Of a stretch of 64,000 bases of DNA, positions 55,712-64,000 are shown piece after piece. Numbering within the stretch: the first letter of the stretch is position 1; every line of letters begins with the position of its first letter. Origin of the DNA: Patescibacteria group bacterium (lineage in GTDB: Bacteria > Patescibacteriota > Minisyncoccia > Phycocordibacterales > UBA918); assembly GCA_019750255.1 (NCBI GenBank), contig JAIEOU010000005.1, forward strand, positions 14,078 to 78,077, written 5' to 3'. The position numbers and the translations under genes are program-made. The notes under the pieces are model-generated. The model saw nothing but the letters and a program-made list of their open reading frames with translations, was not told where the DNA came from and ran no database searches.

Positions 55712-56436
55712 AGTGATGATGGCGCGGGGTTAGTGTCTGATGACTCAAGCAATTTTACTTTTTCAAAGAGAAGAAACAGCATGATGATGCCCATCCAGAC
55801 GAACAGAAATACTCCGAGAATCGTCTCTCCGCTTGCGTCTAGTATAAAAAAGTTAAAGAGCGCATGCAATACGATGGCAATGAATAACCCAACGGTGGCA
55901 TAGACGAGTCTCATGAAGGGTCGTTTATAAAAACCGAGCGCTAGAGCCATACCAACGGTTCCGGAGGCAAGGACGTGAAGTAGGGTGGCGCCAAGGAAAC
56001 GGAAGGTGCCCGCGAGCGCAGAGTCGAGATAGGCTCCTTCGCCCAATGGTCTAAAGATAAAGAGTGCGTTCTCTAGGGCAGCAAACCCAAGCGCAATCAC
56101 AATCATATAAATGACCATATCAATCGGCTCATCGACTTCACGGCGCCACAAGATCACGATGAGCGCGACGGCGTACTTGAGCACCTCTTCAATAATTACC
56201 CACAAGGTCATCAAATTATCACTAGGCGGATAGCACATGCCGGCCTGCATTATGTCGCAGGCAAATTTCTGCAGCGGTAGAGCCAGGGGTACTACCATCA
56301 TGCCCGCGATAAAGGTAATGGCGATAAGGAGGTATGGTTCAGGACGGGTACGGTCCTCTCGCAGCCAAAACCACAACCAAAATAGGGCGGGAATAAGACC
56401 GCCGAGAAAGGCTATGGCAAAGACGGTTGACGTCAT
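55708..56436 (-). CDS. PrsW-family intramembrane metalloprotease
   Basis: Six to seven TM helices. Motifs EEVLKYAV (EExxK), GFAALENALF (FxxxEN) and HxxxxG. Confidence 0.6.
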   Translation of the reverse strand: MTSTVFAIAFLGGLIPALFWLWFWLREDRTRPEPYLLIAITFIAGMMVVPLALPLQKFACDIMQAGMCYPPSDNLMTLWVIIEEVLKYAVALIVILWRREVDEPIDMVIYMIVIALGFAALENALFIFRPLGEGAYLDSALAGTFRFLGATLLHVLASGTVGMALALGFYKRPFMRLVYATVGLFIAIVLHALFNFFILDASGETILGVFLFVWMGIIMLFLLFEKVKLLESSDTNPAPSSL

Positions 56437-56560
56437 GGGTGTAGGTATTGTAACAAGCGCGGCGGCCCTGTAGGGCCGCCGCGCTTGTGTTCTGGGGACG
56501 TGGCTATGATGTAGAGTAGCTCGCCACCGCTACTTTTTTAGTATTGAGACAGAACTCGAT

Positions 56561-56940
56561 TCCTTAGTAAGTCGCTGCCACTGGTTTTTTCGCTCCGAAG
56601 CTTAAAACCAGTGAAGCGATTACATAAAGAAAACATAGTCGGTACTTCGTACCTTCTTGTTTCTCCTTAGTAAGTCGCTGCCACTCGTTATCTCGCTTTG
56701 AATCTCGAAACGAGTGAAGTGATTTCACCACAAGGGTACTTCATTTTTATAGTCGCTAGGCTCCTTAAAAATTGGTCGCATAAGGAAAGTATAGTCGGCC
56801 TGTGGCCTCCTTACTTCTCCTTATTATTTCTGCACAGCAGCTCGCCGCCGCTACTTTCCTCGCTTTGATGCTCGAAAGTAGCGAGGCGCCTGCATAATCA
56901 AAATATAGTCGTAGCTGCGCTACTCCTTATTTCTGCACAG
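56561..56940. repeat. Tandem array of ~100-nt degenerate structured repeats, overlapping the valS 3' end
   Basis: Units begin at 56561, 56664, 56763, 56808, 56818 and 56924, each with tcctta. Every full unit has a 9-10-bp hairpin of different sequence but maintained pairing, then gtgaagYgatt, atagtcg and a mini-hairpin. Confidence 0.7.
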
Positions 56941-59182
56941 GCCACTTCGCAACCATAAGGATTTCACGATCTTTGAGGTTTTTTGGTAGTTCTTGCCAAA
57001 TCGTTTCAGTAACAAACGGCATGAACGGGTGTAGTAATTTTAGGGAGGTGACTAGACATTCAGCTAATACGGCTTGTCTCGATTGTTTTGCTGCCCTGTC
57101 GTTACCGCTAAGAATGGTTTTAGACTCCTCTAAAATCTGATCGGCTAATTCGTGCCAGACGTAATGGTACGCTTTTTCAGCAGCGAGGTGCAAAGAGAAT
57201 TTTTCAATATCGGTTGTTATTTCATTGACCGTGCTCTTCAGTTGACTAAGTATTTCTGTGTCACGTTCAGTTAGCGGTATCGATTCCTGTGGCGTGTAGC
57301 CTTCAATGGAGGTCAAAGTAAAGCGTGTGATGTTCCAGAGCTTGTTGGCAAAGTGTTTGTAGCCTTTAGTCTTTTGCTCAGAGAGAGGGAGATCGTTTCC
57401 GGGAGCGACACCAATGATAAGCGAAAGGCGCACGGCATCTGCACCGTACTTGGCAATCATGTCGAGCGGGTCGATGATGTTACCTAGACTCTTGCTCATC
57501 TTGCGATTCTGCTCATCTCGAACCAGTCCGTGAAGGTACACGTTCTTGAACGGCACTTGTCCTAGGTGGAATGTGGACATAAGGACCATTCGAGCCACCC
57601 AGAAGAAGAGAATGTCATACCCGGTTTCAAGAACACTCGTCGGGTGGTAGGTGGCAAGATCTTTCGTTTTTTCTGGCCAGCCTAATGTTGAAAAGGTCCA
57701 CAAACCAGAAGAGAACCAGGTATCGAGTGTGTCGTTATCTTGTTCCCAGCCATCGCCCTCAGGTGCCGTGGTGTCGCAAAAGACTTCACCGTTTCTGTAC
57801 CAGACTGGTATTCGGTGTCCGTACCAAATCTGCCGTGAAATACACCAGTCTCGTAGGTTTTCAATCCAGTGGTAATAGATACGCTTGAATCGCTCGGGGA
57901 AAATATCGGTTCCACCGTGCTCTACCGCAGCGACCATAAGTTCCTTTAAGGTTACCGAGCTGCCACTTGCGACGCCAGGGATTTCTGAGTGTGGAAGAAT
58001 AAACTTTTTATTGACGTCTATGAACCACTGCTCTTTAATTTGCGGTTCGATAGTACCGCCACCGCGACTATTGGTGGCGACATTGTGTACATATTTTTCG
58101 TCGATTTTATCCACTAAGCCCTTTGACTGTAACTTTTCGATAATAGCAGCACGAGCTTTTTTGATGTGGGTGCCAGCAAACTCTCCGGCAATAGGGAGCA
58201 ATAATCCACGCTCATCGATTACTTGTTGTGTATCGAGTTTGTGTCGTTCAGCAATTTCAAAGTCGGTTGCATCATGCCACGGAGTAATCGTCATTACGCC
58301 CGTACCAAACTCCATGTCGATACTTTCGTCCTTGATTACCGTTGCGGTAATCGGACCGTTAATCCACTCGACCTCTAGCGTTTGTCTGTGGACGTAATCT
58401 TTGTAGCGCTGGTCTTCTGGGTGCATGACCACGTACTTATCGCCAAACTTTGTTTCGGGGCGGGAGGTACCAATGACAAATGGTCCGTACTTGAGGTAGT
58501 AAAACTGATCAGTTTGCTCAACGTGTTCAATTTCGTCGTCAGACACCGTGGTCTGCATCTTTGGGTCCCAGTTTACAATGCGGGCCCCGCGGTAAATGAG
58601 ACCAGCTTCATACATGTTCTTAAACGCCGTCATAACTGCCTTGTATCGCGGTTCATCGAGCGTAAAGGCATACCGTGACCAATCAAGGGAAGATCCCATG
58701 CGTTTGGTTTGGTTGATGATGGTGTCTTTACTCGCTTCAGCAAAGGCGTACACGCGCTTCAAGAACTCTTCCCGTCCAAGGTCGTGCCGGGTTTTTCCCA
58801 CTGCCTTATAAATTTCACTTTCCACTTTTGATTGTGTAGCAATGGCTGCAGAATCAGTACCTGGTATCCATAAGGTACGCTTTCCGAGCATTCGGGAATA
58901 ACGAACAAGGATGTCTTCAACAGCGAGCATAGCGGCGTGTCCCATATGAAGAGTGCCTGTAACATTTGGAGGCGGAAGGACAATCGAAAAGGTATCTGCG
59001 TCTGGTGCCGCAACGCCATGTTCTATGCAGATATCCGGATTAAAAAAACCGCTCTTTTCCCAGTGCGTATAGATACGGTCTTCGTGATCTTTAGGTTCAA
59101 ACGGTTTAAGAAAAACTTCGGGAATGTTTGGGGCGGAGGGCTTTGTTGAATCGCTCATAAATACGGTTAATTTAAAGCGCAT
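56927..59182 (-). CDS. valS: Valyl-tRNA synthetase
   Basis: HIGH (PNVTGTLHMGHA) and KMSKS motifs, plus editing and anticodon-binding domains. At 751 aa it is shorter than typical ValS, consistent with a reduced C-terminal coiled coil. Confidence 0.95.
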   Translation of the reverse strand: MRFKLTVFMSDSTKPSAPNIPEVFLKPFEPKDHEDRIYTHWEKSGFFNPDICIEHGVAAPDADTFSIVLPPPNVTGTLHMGHAAMLAVEDILVRYSRMLGKRTLWIPGTDSAAIATQSKVESEIYKAVGKTRHDLGREEFLKRVYAFAEASKDTIINQTKRMGSSLDWSRYAFTLDEPRYKAVMTAFKNMYEAGLIYRGARIVNWDPKMQTTVSDDEIEHVEQTDQFYYLKYGPFVIGTSRPETKFGDKYVVMHPEDQRYKDYVHRQTLEVEWINGPITATVIKDESIDMEFGTGVMTITPWHDATDFEIAERHKLDTQQVIDERGLLLPIAGEFAGTHIKKARAAIIEKLQSKGLVDKIDEKYVHNVATNSRGGGTIEPQIKEQWFIDVNKKFILPHSEIPGVASGSSVTLKELMVAAVEHGGTDIFPERFKRIYYHWIENLRDWCISRQIWYGHRIPVWYRNGEVFCDTTAPEGDGWEQDNDTLDTWFSSGLWTFSTLGWPEKTKDLATYHPTSVLETGYDILFFWVARMVLMSTFHLGQVPFKNVYLHGLVRDEQNRKMSKSLGNIIDPLDMIAKYGADAVRLSLIIGVAPGNDLPLSEQKTKGYKHFANKLWNITRFTLTSIEGYTPQESIPLTERDTEILSQLKSTVNEITTDIEKFSLHLAAEKAYHYVWHELADQILEESKTILSGNDRAAKQSRQAVLAECLVTSLKLLHPFMPFVTETIWQELPKNLKDREILMVAKWPVQK

Positions 59183-59235
59183 CGTAGCATAAAACAGGCT
59201 ACGCTTGAAGTGTCTAATGAAATTTTATTTTGGTC

Positions 59236-60396
59236 TTACGAAAGAGATTTGTTCCCCTGTGCCCGAAGCTCCCGGGCACCGATCGGAGTGAGCGATGACG
59301 AAAGGTGGGCATGGGCCGCGAGCGCAATCATTACGCTATTATCAGTCGAAAGAGCGATACTCGGTAGGTGGACCTGAAGGTGGGGAAAGGCCAGGGTGGT
59401 GCCAAGAGCGCTAATGCTTTCCCGTAGACGCGCATTAGCAGCGACGCCACCACCAAGAATGACGCTGGCTGCTCCATGCGTCTCTACTGCCTTGGTTAAT
59501 TTAGCAATAAGAACGTGAACGGCTGCATCCTCAAAATCGCGCGCCAGCGCTCTGACCTCGTCGTCAGTGAGGGACTTTTCAGCAATACCGTAGCGGACGG
59601 CGGTCTTGAGTCCAGAAAAAGAGAAGTCCAGGTCCCCTGAATGCAGCATTGGCCGGGGGAGGGAAATATACTCCGGTAGGGAAGCTTTGCGCGCTTCGTC
59701 CGCTCTACGGCTGATTTCTGGTCCTCCGGGATACGGAAGTCCGAGCAGTCGCGCTACTTTATCAAAGGCTTCGCCAACGGCGTCATCGCGCGTCTGTCCG
59801 ATAAGTTCATAGCGGCCCCATTCCTTCATGAGTACTAGTTCGGTGTGGCCACCTGAGACGAGGAGGGCAACGGATGGGAAGGAGAGGTTTGCTAAGCTGC
59901 TTCCGTCAAAGACGGAGGCGAGGATGTGCCCTTCCATATGATTGACGGGGATTACTGGAACATTCCACAGGTGAGCTAGCGCTTTGGCAAAGTTTATGCC
60001 AACCCAGAGGGCGGGCTCAAGCCCGGGTCCATTCGTAACACCGATAGCGTCGATGGGCGGAACGCCATGCTCCTCGTGAAAGGTGAGAAGTTGGTGACAG
60101 AGACCTGGTTCACGGGTGAGTAGGTCTTCTAGCAGAGATTCATCCCGGGTACCGTGCGGATGGGCACCGGTTAACCCGGCTTCCTTAATCGCTTTCTCCA
60201 GCATCGGAACGACCGTCGCTATATGTTCGCGTTTTGCAATAAGCGGAAAGACGCCGCCGTACTCACGATGTATATCAATCTGTGAAAACAGCGCGTTACC
60301 AAGCACCTTATATCTAGCATGAGGAAAATCGCCCGCTGCTTCGACTATACTGATAGCGGTTTCGTCGCAACTGGTTTCGATAGAAAGGAGAAGCAT
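59236..60396 (-). CDS. tsaD: tRNA N6-adenosine threonylcarbamoyltransferase TsaD (Kae1/Gcp)
   Basis: N-terminus LLSIETSCDETAISIV, two His metal ligands (HMEGH) and an ASKHA fold. Confidence 0.9.
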   Translation of the reverse strand: MLLLSIETSCDETAISIVEAAGDFPHARYKVLGNALFSQIDIHREYGGVFPLIAKREHIATVVPMLEKAIKEAGLTGAHPHGTRDESLLEDLLTREPGLCHQLLTFHEEHGVPPIDAIGVTNGPGLEPALWVGINFAKALAHLWNVPVIPVNHMEGHILASVFDGSSLANLSFPSVALLVSGGHTELVLMKEWGRYELIGQTRDDAVGEAFDKVARLLGLPYPGGPEISRRADEARKASLPEYISLPRPMLHSGDLDFSFSGLKTAVRYGIAEKSLTDDEVRALARDFEDAAVHVLIAKLTKAVETHGAASVILGGGVAANARLRESISALGTTLAFPHLQVHLPSIALSTDNSVMIALAAHAHLSSSLTPIGARELRAQGNKSLS

Positions 60397-60417
60397 GGGT
60401 GCTACTCTAGCGTGCTC

Positions 60418-61263
60418 TTAGAGGAAGGTAAAGGGGAGGTCGTTAAACGTGGCGACGCGGATACTGGCCGCATGTTTGTGTCCACCTGCGTTATATTTTT
60501 CGGCGATTGCTCCGACGTCTATATCACCTTCGCTCCGCAACGAAAGGTGAACCGCACCGCCATAATGATAGTAGACAATACCAAGGGGGATTCTTCCTTC
60601 GGCTGCATTGAGCTTTGCGAGGTGGTGACCGACAATTGACCGGTGTGGTCGAGCTATATTAACGGCGTACACTTCATGGCCTTCAAAAAGCACACGTTCA
60701 CGATAGGTAAGAAGTTCAAGAACGAGGGCGTCAGAAACTTTTGCAGCGGTGGTGCCGGTGGTGACACATTGTCTAAATTCCTGATCGTCTTCTAGTAGTG
60801 TCGCGAGCTGGTCCCAGCGTTCAAAGGATACAGGCTCGAGTGCGACGGCGGCGTTTATTTCGCGGTTATATGGCAGTACAAATTTCCATAAGTCGTGGTC
60901 TTCGACGTAGGTGAGTAATCGGGGAACTGGAGTGTTGGGATGGAAATAACGCCAGGCAAGGACCGCTCCAGAGTGGTCTAGGTCGAAAACGTTTTCAGAA
61001 AAAGCAGTGACGGCTGACTGCGCAGTTGCGTGATGGTCAATGACGACCATTGATTTGTTTACCGAACGTAGCCTGGTAAGTGTCGGAAGGTCAAAGCTGT
61101 AATCGACGACGTAAAGTTCCTTTTCAGTAATTCCGTCCGGCAGGGGTGCTTGTGTCTTCTGTGGTATATAGGTGGCAGTGTCACCAAATTTTTTCCAGGC
61201 TGCAAAGGCAGCACCGAAACCATCTTTACATTGGTCGTGGTAGATAATGACGATGTCTTTCAT
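60418..61263 (-). CDS. DHH/DHHA1 family phosphoesterase (NrnA-like nanoRNase/pAp phosphatase)
   Basis: N-terminal DHH-like HDQCKDGFGAA and C-terminal DHHA1 GGGHKHAAS. Confidence 0.7.
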   Translation of the reverse strand: MKDIVIIYHDQCKDGFGAAFAAWKKFGDTATYIPQKTQAPLPDGITEKELYVVDYSFDLPTLTRLRSVNKSMVVIDHHATAQSAVTAFSENVFDLDHSGAVLAWRYFHPNTPVPRLLTYVEDHDLWKFVLPYNREINAAVALEPVSFERWDQLATLLEDDQEFRQCVTTGTTAAKVSDALVLELLTYRERVLFEGHEVYAVNIARPHRSIVGHHLAKLNAAEGRIPLGIVYYHYGGAVHLSLRSEGDIDVGAIAEKYNAGGHKHAASIRVATFNDLPFTFL

Positions 61264-61478
61264 TAGTACAGGGTAGCGCGTAAGTGAGTGGAGTCAAGGA
61301 AGGGTGCGGGACTCGACCCGCAATCGCGGATTTTGTTGCGTCTTTAAGAGTAATTATTTACGGACTCGGTCACGAATCACTAAGTATATTTGTTCGTCTG
61401 CGACTCCAAATCTACTAAGTGTTCTTGACCACGGCTCACTGGTTCGTCGCCCAAGGGAAGGGGCGACTCACATCGCTG

Positions 61479-61504
61479 CGCCTTTCGAGTCCTGTGTCGC
61501 GCAC
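61479..61504 (+). repeat. Inverted, degenerate copy of the tRNA-Val 3' end
   Basis: The reverse complement gtgcgcgacacaggactcgaaaggcg matches 61553-61578 at 22 of 26 positions. A nested hairpin (gggtcatgc-aca-gcatgaccc) separates the two copies. Confidence 0.7.
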
Positions 61505-61553
61505 ATAAAGCAAAGAAGGGTCATGCTGTGCATGACCCGACTTATTGCTTTAG

Positions 61554-61626
61554 TGCGCGATACAGGACTCGAACCTGTGACCTCCACAATGTCAATGTGA
61601 TGCTCTACCAGCTGAGCTAACCGCGC
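61554..61626 (-). tRNA. tRNA-Val (GAC)
   Basis: The reverse complement is GCGCGGT-TA-GCTCAGCTGGTAGAGC...anticodon loop uuGACau...GGTTCGAGTCC...ATCGCGC-A. Confidence 0.85.
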
Positions 61627-61820
61627 AAATGTGTCCACGATGGTAGCATAATAAATAAGGCACGTAAAACCAGAGTAAGCGGTCAGGACTGGGTTTGTCG
61701 GGGTCCGAAAAAAGTCACCTTAACATCGAAACCTCGATGGATTATGAGAGGTGTGGCTAAGAATTGATATTTTTTATTCACCAGTACTGGCACAAGAACA
61801 GCTCGTTTCACTCTTTGTCT

Positions 61821-61829
61821 TGATATAAT
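61821..61829 (+). promoter_or_regulatory. Extended -10 TGaTATAAT, 11 nt before ATG 61841
   Basis: tgatataat. Confidence 0.4.
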
Positions 61830-61840
61830 AGAAATGCATT

Positions 61841-62632
61841 ATGATTCGTTTACCGCATCCGTTTCTTCGAGGAATGATCGCTGGTATTTTTGTTATCGCA
61901 TCAGGCCTCGCTTCGGTTAGTACATTTAATTTTGCCCGTACCGGCGAGGCGTGGCAGCAGTGGCAAGCAGGAAGACTGAGTGCGTCTAGTTTCTATTTTC
62001 AGCGCGGCAATTATTACTTTGGTGGTACAGAATATGACGTTGATAAGGCGCTTGCCAGCTTTGAAAAGGCGCTCAGGTACGATAATGTTCATAATGACCC
62101 GATTAGATATCAGATCGGCAGGGTTTATTTTATTAAAGGCGATTTAACGAAAGCGCTCAGCGAGTTTGATGCGCAGCTCGCGGAGGATCCGGACTATGTG
62201 AAGGCATATTATATGCGCGGTCTCACCTACGGCTACCGGCATCAGTTTAAACAAGCTGAAGAGGATTTTTTACGGTATATAGAAGTCGTGCCAGAGAGTT
62301 GGGCAGCGCATAATGATCTTGTCTGGGTGTACTTTCGCTCAGGTCAGTATGAGAAAGCAGAAAAATACGCTCGGGCGGGATTACAATTTGCTCCGGGTAA
62401 CGCCTGGCTCTCTAACGCGCTTGGAGCAATTTTAATTAATCAGAAGCGCTACGCTGAAGCTAAAGAGCCTTTAGAGGTTGCCTTGGCCGGGTTTACTGGT
62501 ATGGGAGCGGAAGGATGGGGAGTTGCCTATCCGGGTAATGACCCGGCGATATACCAGCAGGGCTATGAAGCATCTGTTAAATCGGCAGAGGACAATTTGC
62601 GAGTAGTGCGGGAGAATGTAGAAGTCGAGTAA
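61841..62632 (+). CDS. Membrane-anchored TPR-repeat protein
   Basis: N-terminal TM, then about 5 TPR-like repeats. Confidence 0.6.
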   Translation: MIRLPHPFLRGMIAGIFVIASGLASVSTFNFARTGEAWQQWQAGRLSASSFYFQRGNYYFGGTEYDVDKALASFEKALRYDNVHNDPIRYQIGRVYFIKGDLTKALSEFDAQLAEDPDYVKAYYMRGLTYGYRHQFKQAEEDFLRYIEVVPESWAAHNDLVWVYFRSGQYEKAEKYARAGLQFAPGNAWLSNALGAILINQKRYAEAKEPLEVALAGFTGMGAEGWGVAYPGNDPAIYQQGYEASVKSAEDNLRVVRENVEVE

Positions 62633-62881
62633 TTTCAAGATCACGTCCGCATAGTTCTGGTTGTTGATATATAAAGGTGTATAAGCATTATTTATACGTT
62701 CGCGACTTGCTATATAATAAATCAGTGGCTTTCTTCTCTATAAAATCAGGGGTATGTGCAAGAGTGATTGCATTGCGTAATCAGGAGGCACTGTTTTTGG
62801 GCGGTGTTATAAGCGTCCTTGTTCTTTTTTTGTTTATAGTTTTTTTTATACAGTAGTACAGTCGGACCCGGTCCCAACAGC

Positions 62882-64000
62882 TTGCATACGGCTGAGCTTG
62901 AATATGCGACCTACTCCCTCGCTACCGGTGAGTCGGGTGGTTCAGTCATTCCTGCTTCGTGCGATTCAAATCCAAGGGAGGCACACAGAGCGGGGGACTT
63001 AGATGGTTGTCTTAATTGGATACCTTATTGCACCGGTGCAGAAGGAGGGGCGAATGATTGGCAGTGGTGGGAATATACCGATTCTGATCCTTTTGTGGGA
63101 CGTCAGACAAGATTTTTAAGGGCGGGTGACGGCTCTTGTGTGCCCCCGACTGTTGTAAACTGGACCACGTACTGCACTGGTGGCGCTGATGTTAATGGTA
63201 ATAATTGGCAGTGGTGGCAATACTCTGATCAGCAACCTCCTCAGTATAGATTTTTGAGGCCAGGGGATGGGTCGTGTGCCCCCGGTCCGCGGGGTGACGT
63301 GCCATGGATTAACGCTTCATGTTACAACGCGCAAAATAACATGTACTTTGATTGGGGTCCCGTTGTGGCTGATCGGTACGGCTTAAGCTTTTCGGGCTTA
63401 TCAGCTGGTGAGTGTGCGGCGATGGGTTGGACATATGAAACGGTAGGAAATTCTTGCTACCACCTTAACTGGCCGACTGCGTGGACCGCGGTTTCTTTGG
63501 GAGCAGGAGGGTCATATAATCTTGGCAACATGACCGGACGTACGGTAAGTCTATCAGTTATTGCTGGATTACCCTGGGGTAACTGGACTGGAAGGTGGTT
63601 AACCTGCCGTCCGCCGACAGTTGCTCCTACTGGCCTCGCGCGTACCTGTGGGGCTGGGGGAACTAGCGCCACCATTACCTGGAATCAAGTACCGGGGGCG
63701 GTCCGTTATCTACCCCGCCTGCAAGGAATGACTCCCGCTCAGTGTGCAGCTAATGGGCTGACTTTATGGACTGATAACGTTACGTGCTACCACAATAACT
63801 GGACGTCTACATCCCTGACGGTAGCAATAACTCCTGATACCTGGCACAGCTTTTGGGTGCACGCCGGTGATTCGGTGGGTGATGCTAGTGTGGGACTGGG
63901 CTTCTCGTGCCCGTCGACGGCACCACCCATACCACCACCTACAGCGGTTACTGGGTCATGCAGTGCTGATGGTCGAACAGGTACGTTTTCGTGGACCGCT
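62882..64000 (+). CDS. Secreted Cys/Trp-rich repeat protein, 3'-partial (runs off the window)
   Basis: An open frame with codon starts at positions 2 mod 3 runs from the stop at 62837-62839 to the window end. Repeated modules C..G(A)DGSC.P and C..CY..NNWT are present. There is no in-frame ATG, so a TTG at 62882 or a join to an upstream short ORF across a poly-T tract is possible. Confidence 0.5.
   Translation, partial: MHTAELEYATYSLATGESGGSVIPASCDSNPREAHRAGDLDGCLNWIPYCTGAEGGANDWQWWEYTDSDPFVGRQTRFLRAGDGSCVPPTVVNWTTYCTGGADVNGNNWQWWQYSDQQPPQYRFLRPGDGSCAPGPRGDVPWINASCYNAQNNMYFDWGPVVADRYGLSFSGLSAGECAAMGWTYETVGNSCYHLNWPTAWTAVSLGAGGSYNLGNMTGRTVSLSVIAGLPWGNWTGRWLTCRPPTVAPTGLARTCGAGGTSATITWNQVPGAVRYLPRLQGMTPAQCAANGLTLWTDNVTCYHNNWTSTSLTVAITPDTWHSFWVHAGDSVGDASVGLGFSCPSTAPPIPPPTAVTGSCSADGRTGTFSWTA

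Noticed and set aside
56561-56926. Considered whether the tandem repeats downstream of valS are a CRISPR array.
   Set aside because: Units are about 100 nt and mutually divergent, with no identical short repeats alternating with unique spacers and no cas genes. No region of the window has CRISPR architecture.
61304-61600. 98-aa plus-strand ORF across the tRNA-Val and structured non-coding region.
   Set aside because: It overlaps a confidently called tRNA and tRNA-derived repeats, so it is a translation artefact.

Overview
The window looks like a gene-dense, small-genome bacterial segment, probably Patescibacteria/CPR-like, using the standard genetic code (RF2 is present and TGA is used as a stop). 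From start to end it contains:

- A complete type IV pilus locus: pilB, a CheY-like receiver, pilT, pilC, two tandem pilA genes, pilD and four minor pilins.
- Housekeeping genes: ligA, gatCA, prfB, ftsEX, pyrG, a MazG-like gene, tandem Nudix genes, a phosphohexomutase, a TrmH-family methyltransferase, mgtE, murJ, lepA, valS, tsaD and an nrnA-like gene.
- A divergent zinc-homeostasis locus: a Fur/Zur-family regulator, a CooC-like ATPase, a ZIP transporter and a COG0523 GTPase, with two palindromic boxes between the divergent genes.
- RNase P RNA and nine tRNA genes.

The unusual content is concentrated around the tRNA genes:

- A tRNA-Thr(GGU) carries a ~195-nt group I-like intron after the anticodon.
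- Two paralogous HTH + LAGLIDADG-like ORFs each overlap the 5' end of a tRNA gene.
- tRNA-Gln, tRNA-Phe and tRNA-Val are each followed by a hairpin and an inverted copy of their own 3' half, plus further direct partial copies (att-scar-like arrays).
- A roughly 370-nt tandem array of ~100-nt degenerate repeats lies downstream of valS. Their hairpins co-vary, and one unit duplicates the valS 3' end.
- Two dispersed ~90-nt intergenic hairpin repeat families occur.
- Many genes have a TGnTAnAAT extended -10 element 6-12 nt upstream of the start codon, implying leaderless mRNAs.

No CRISPR array, rRNA, transposase or integrase gene was recognised.
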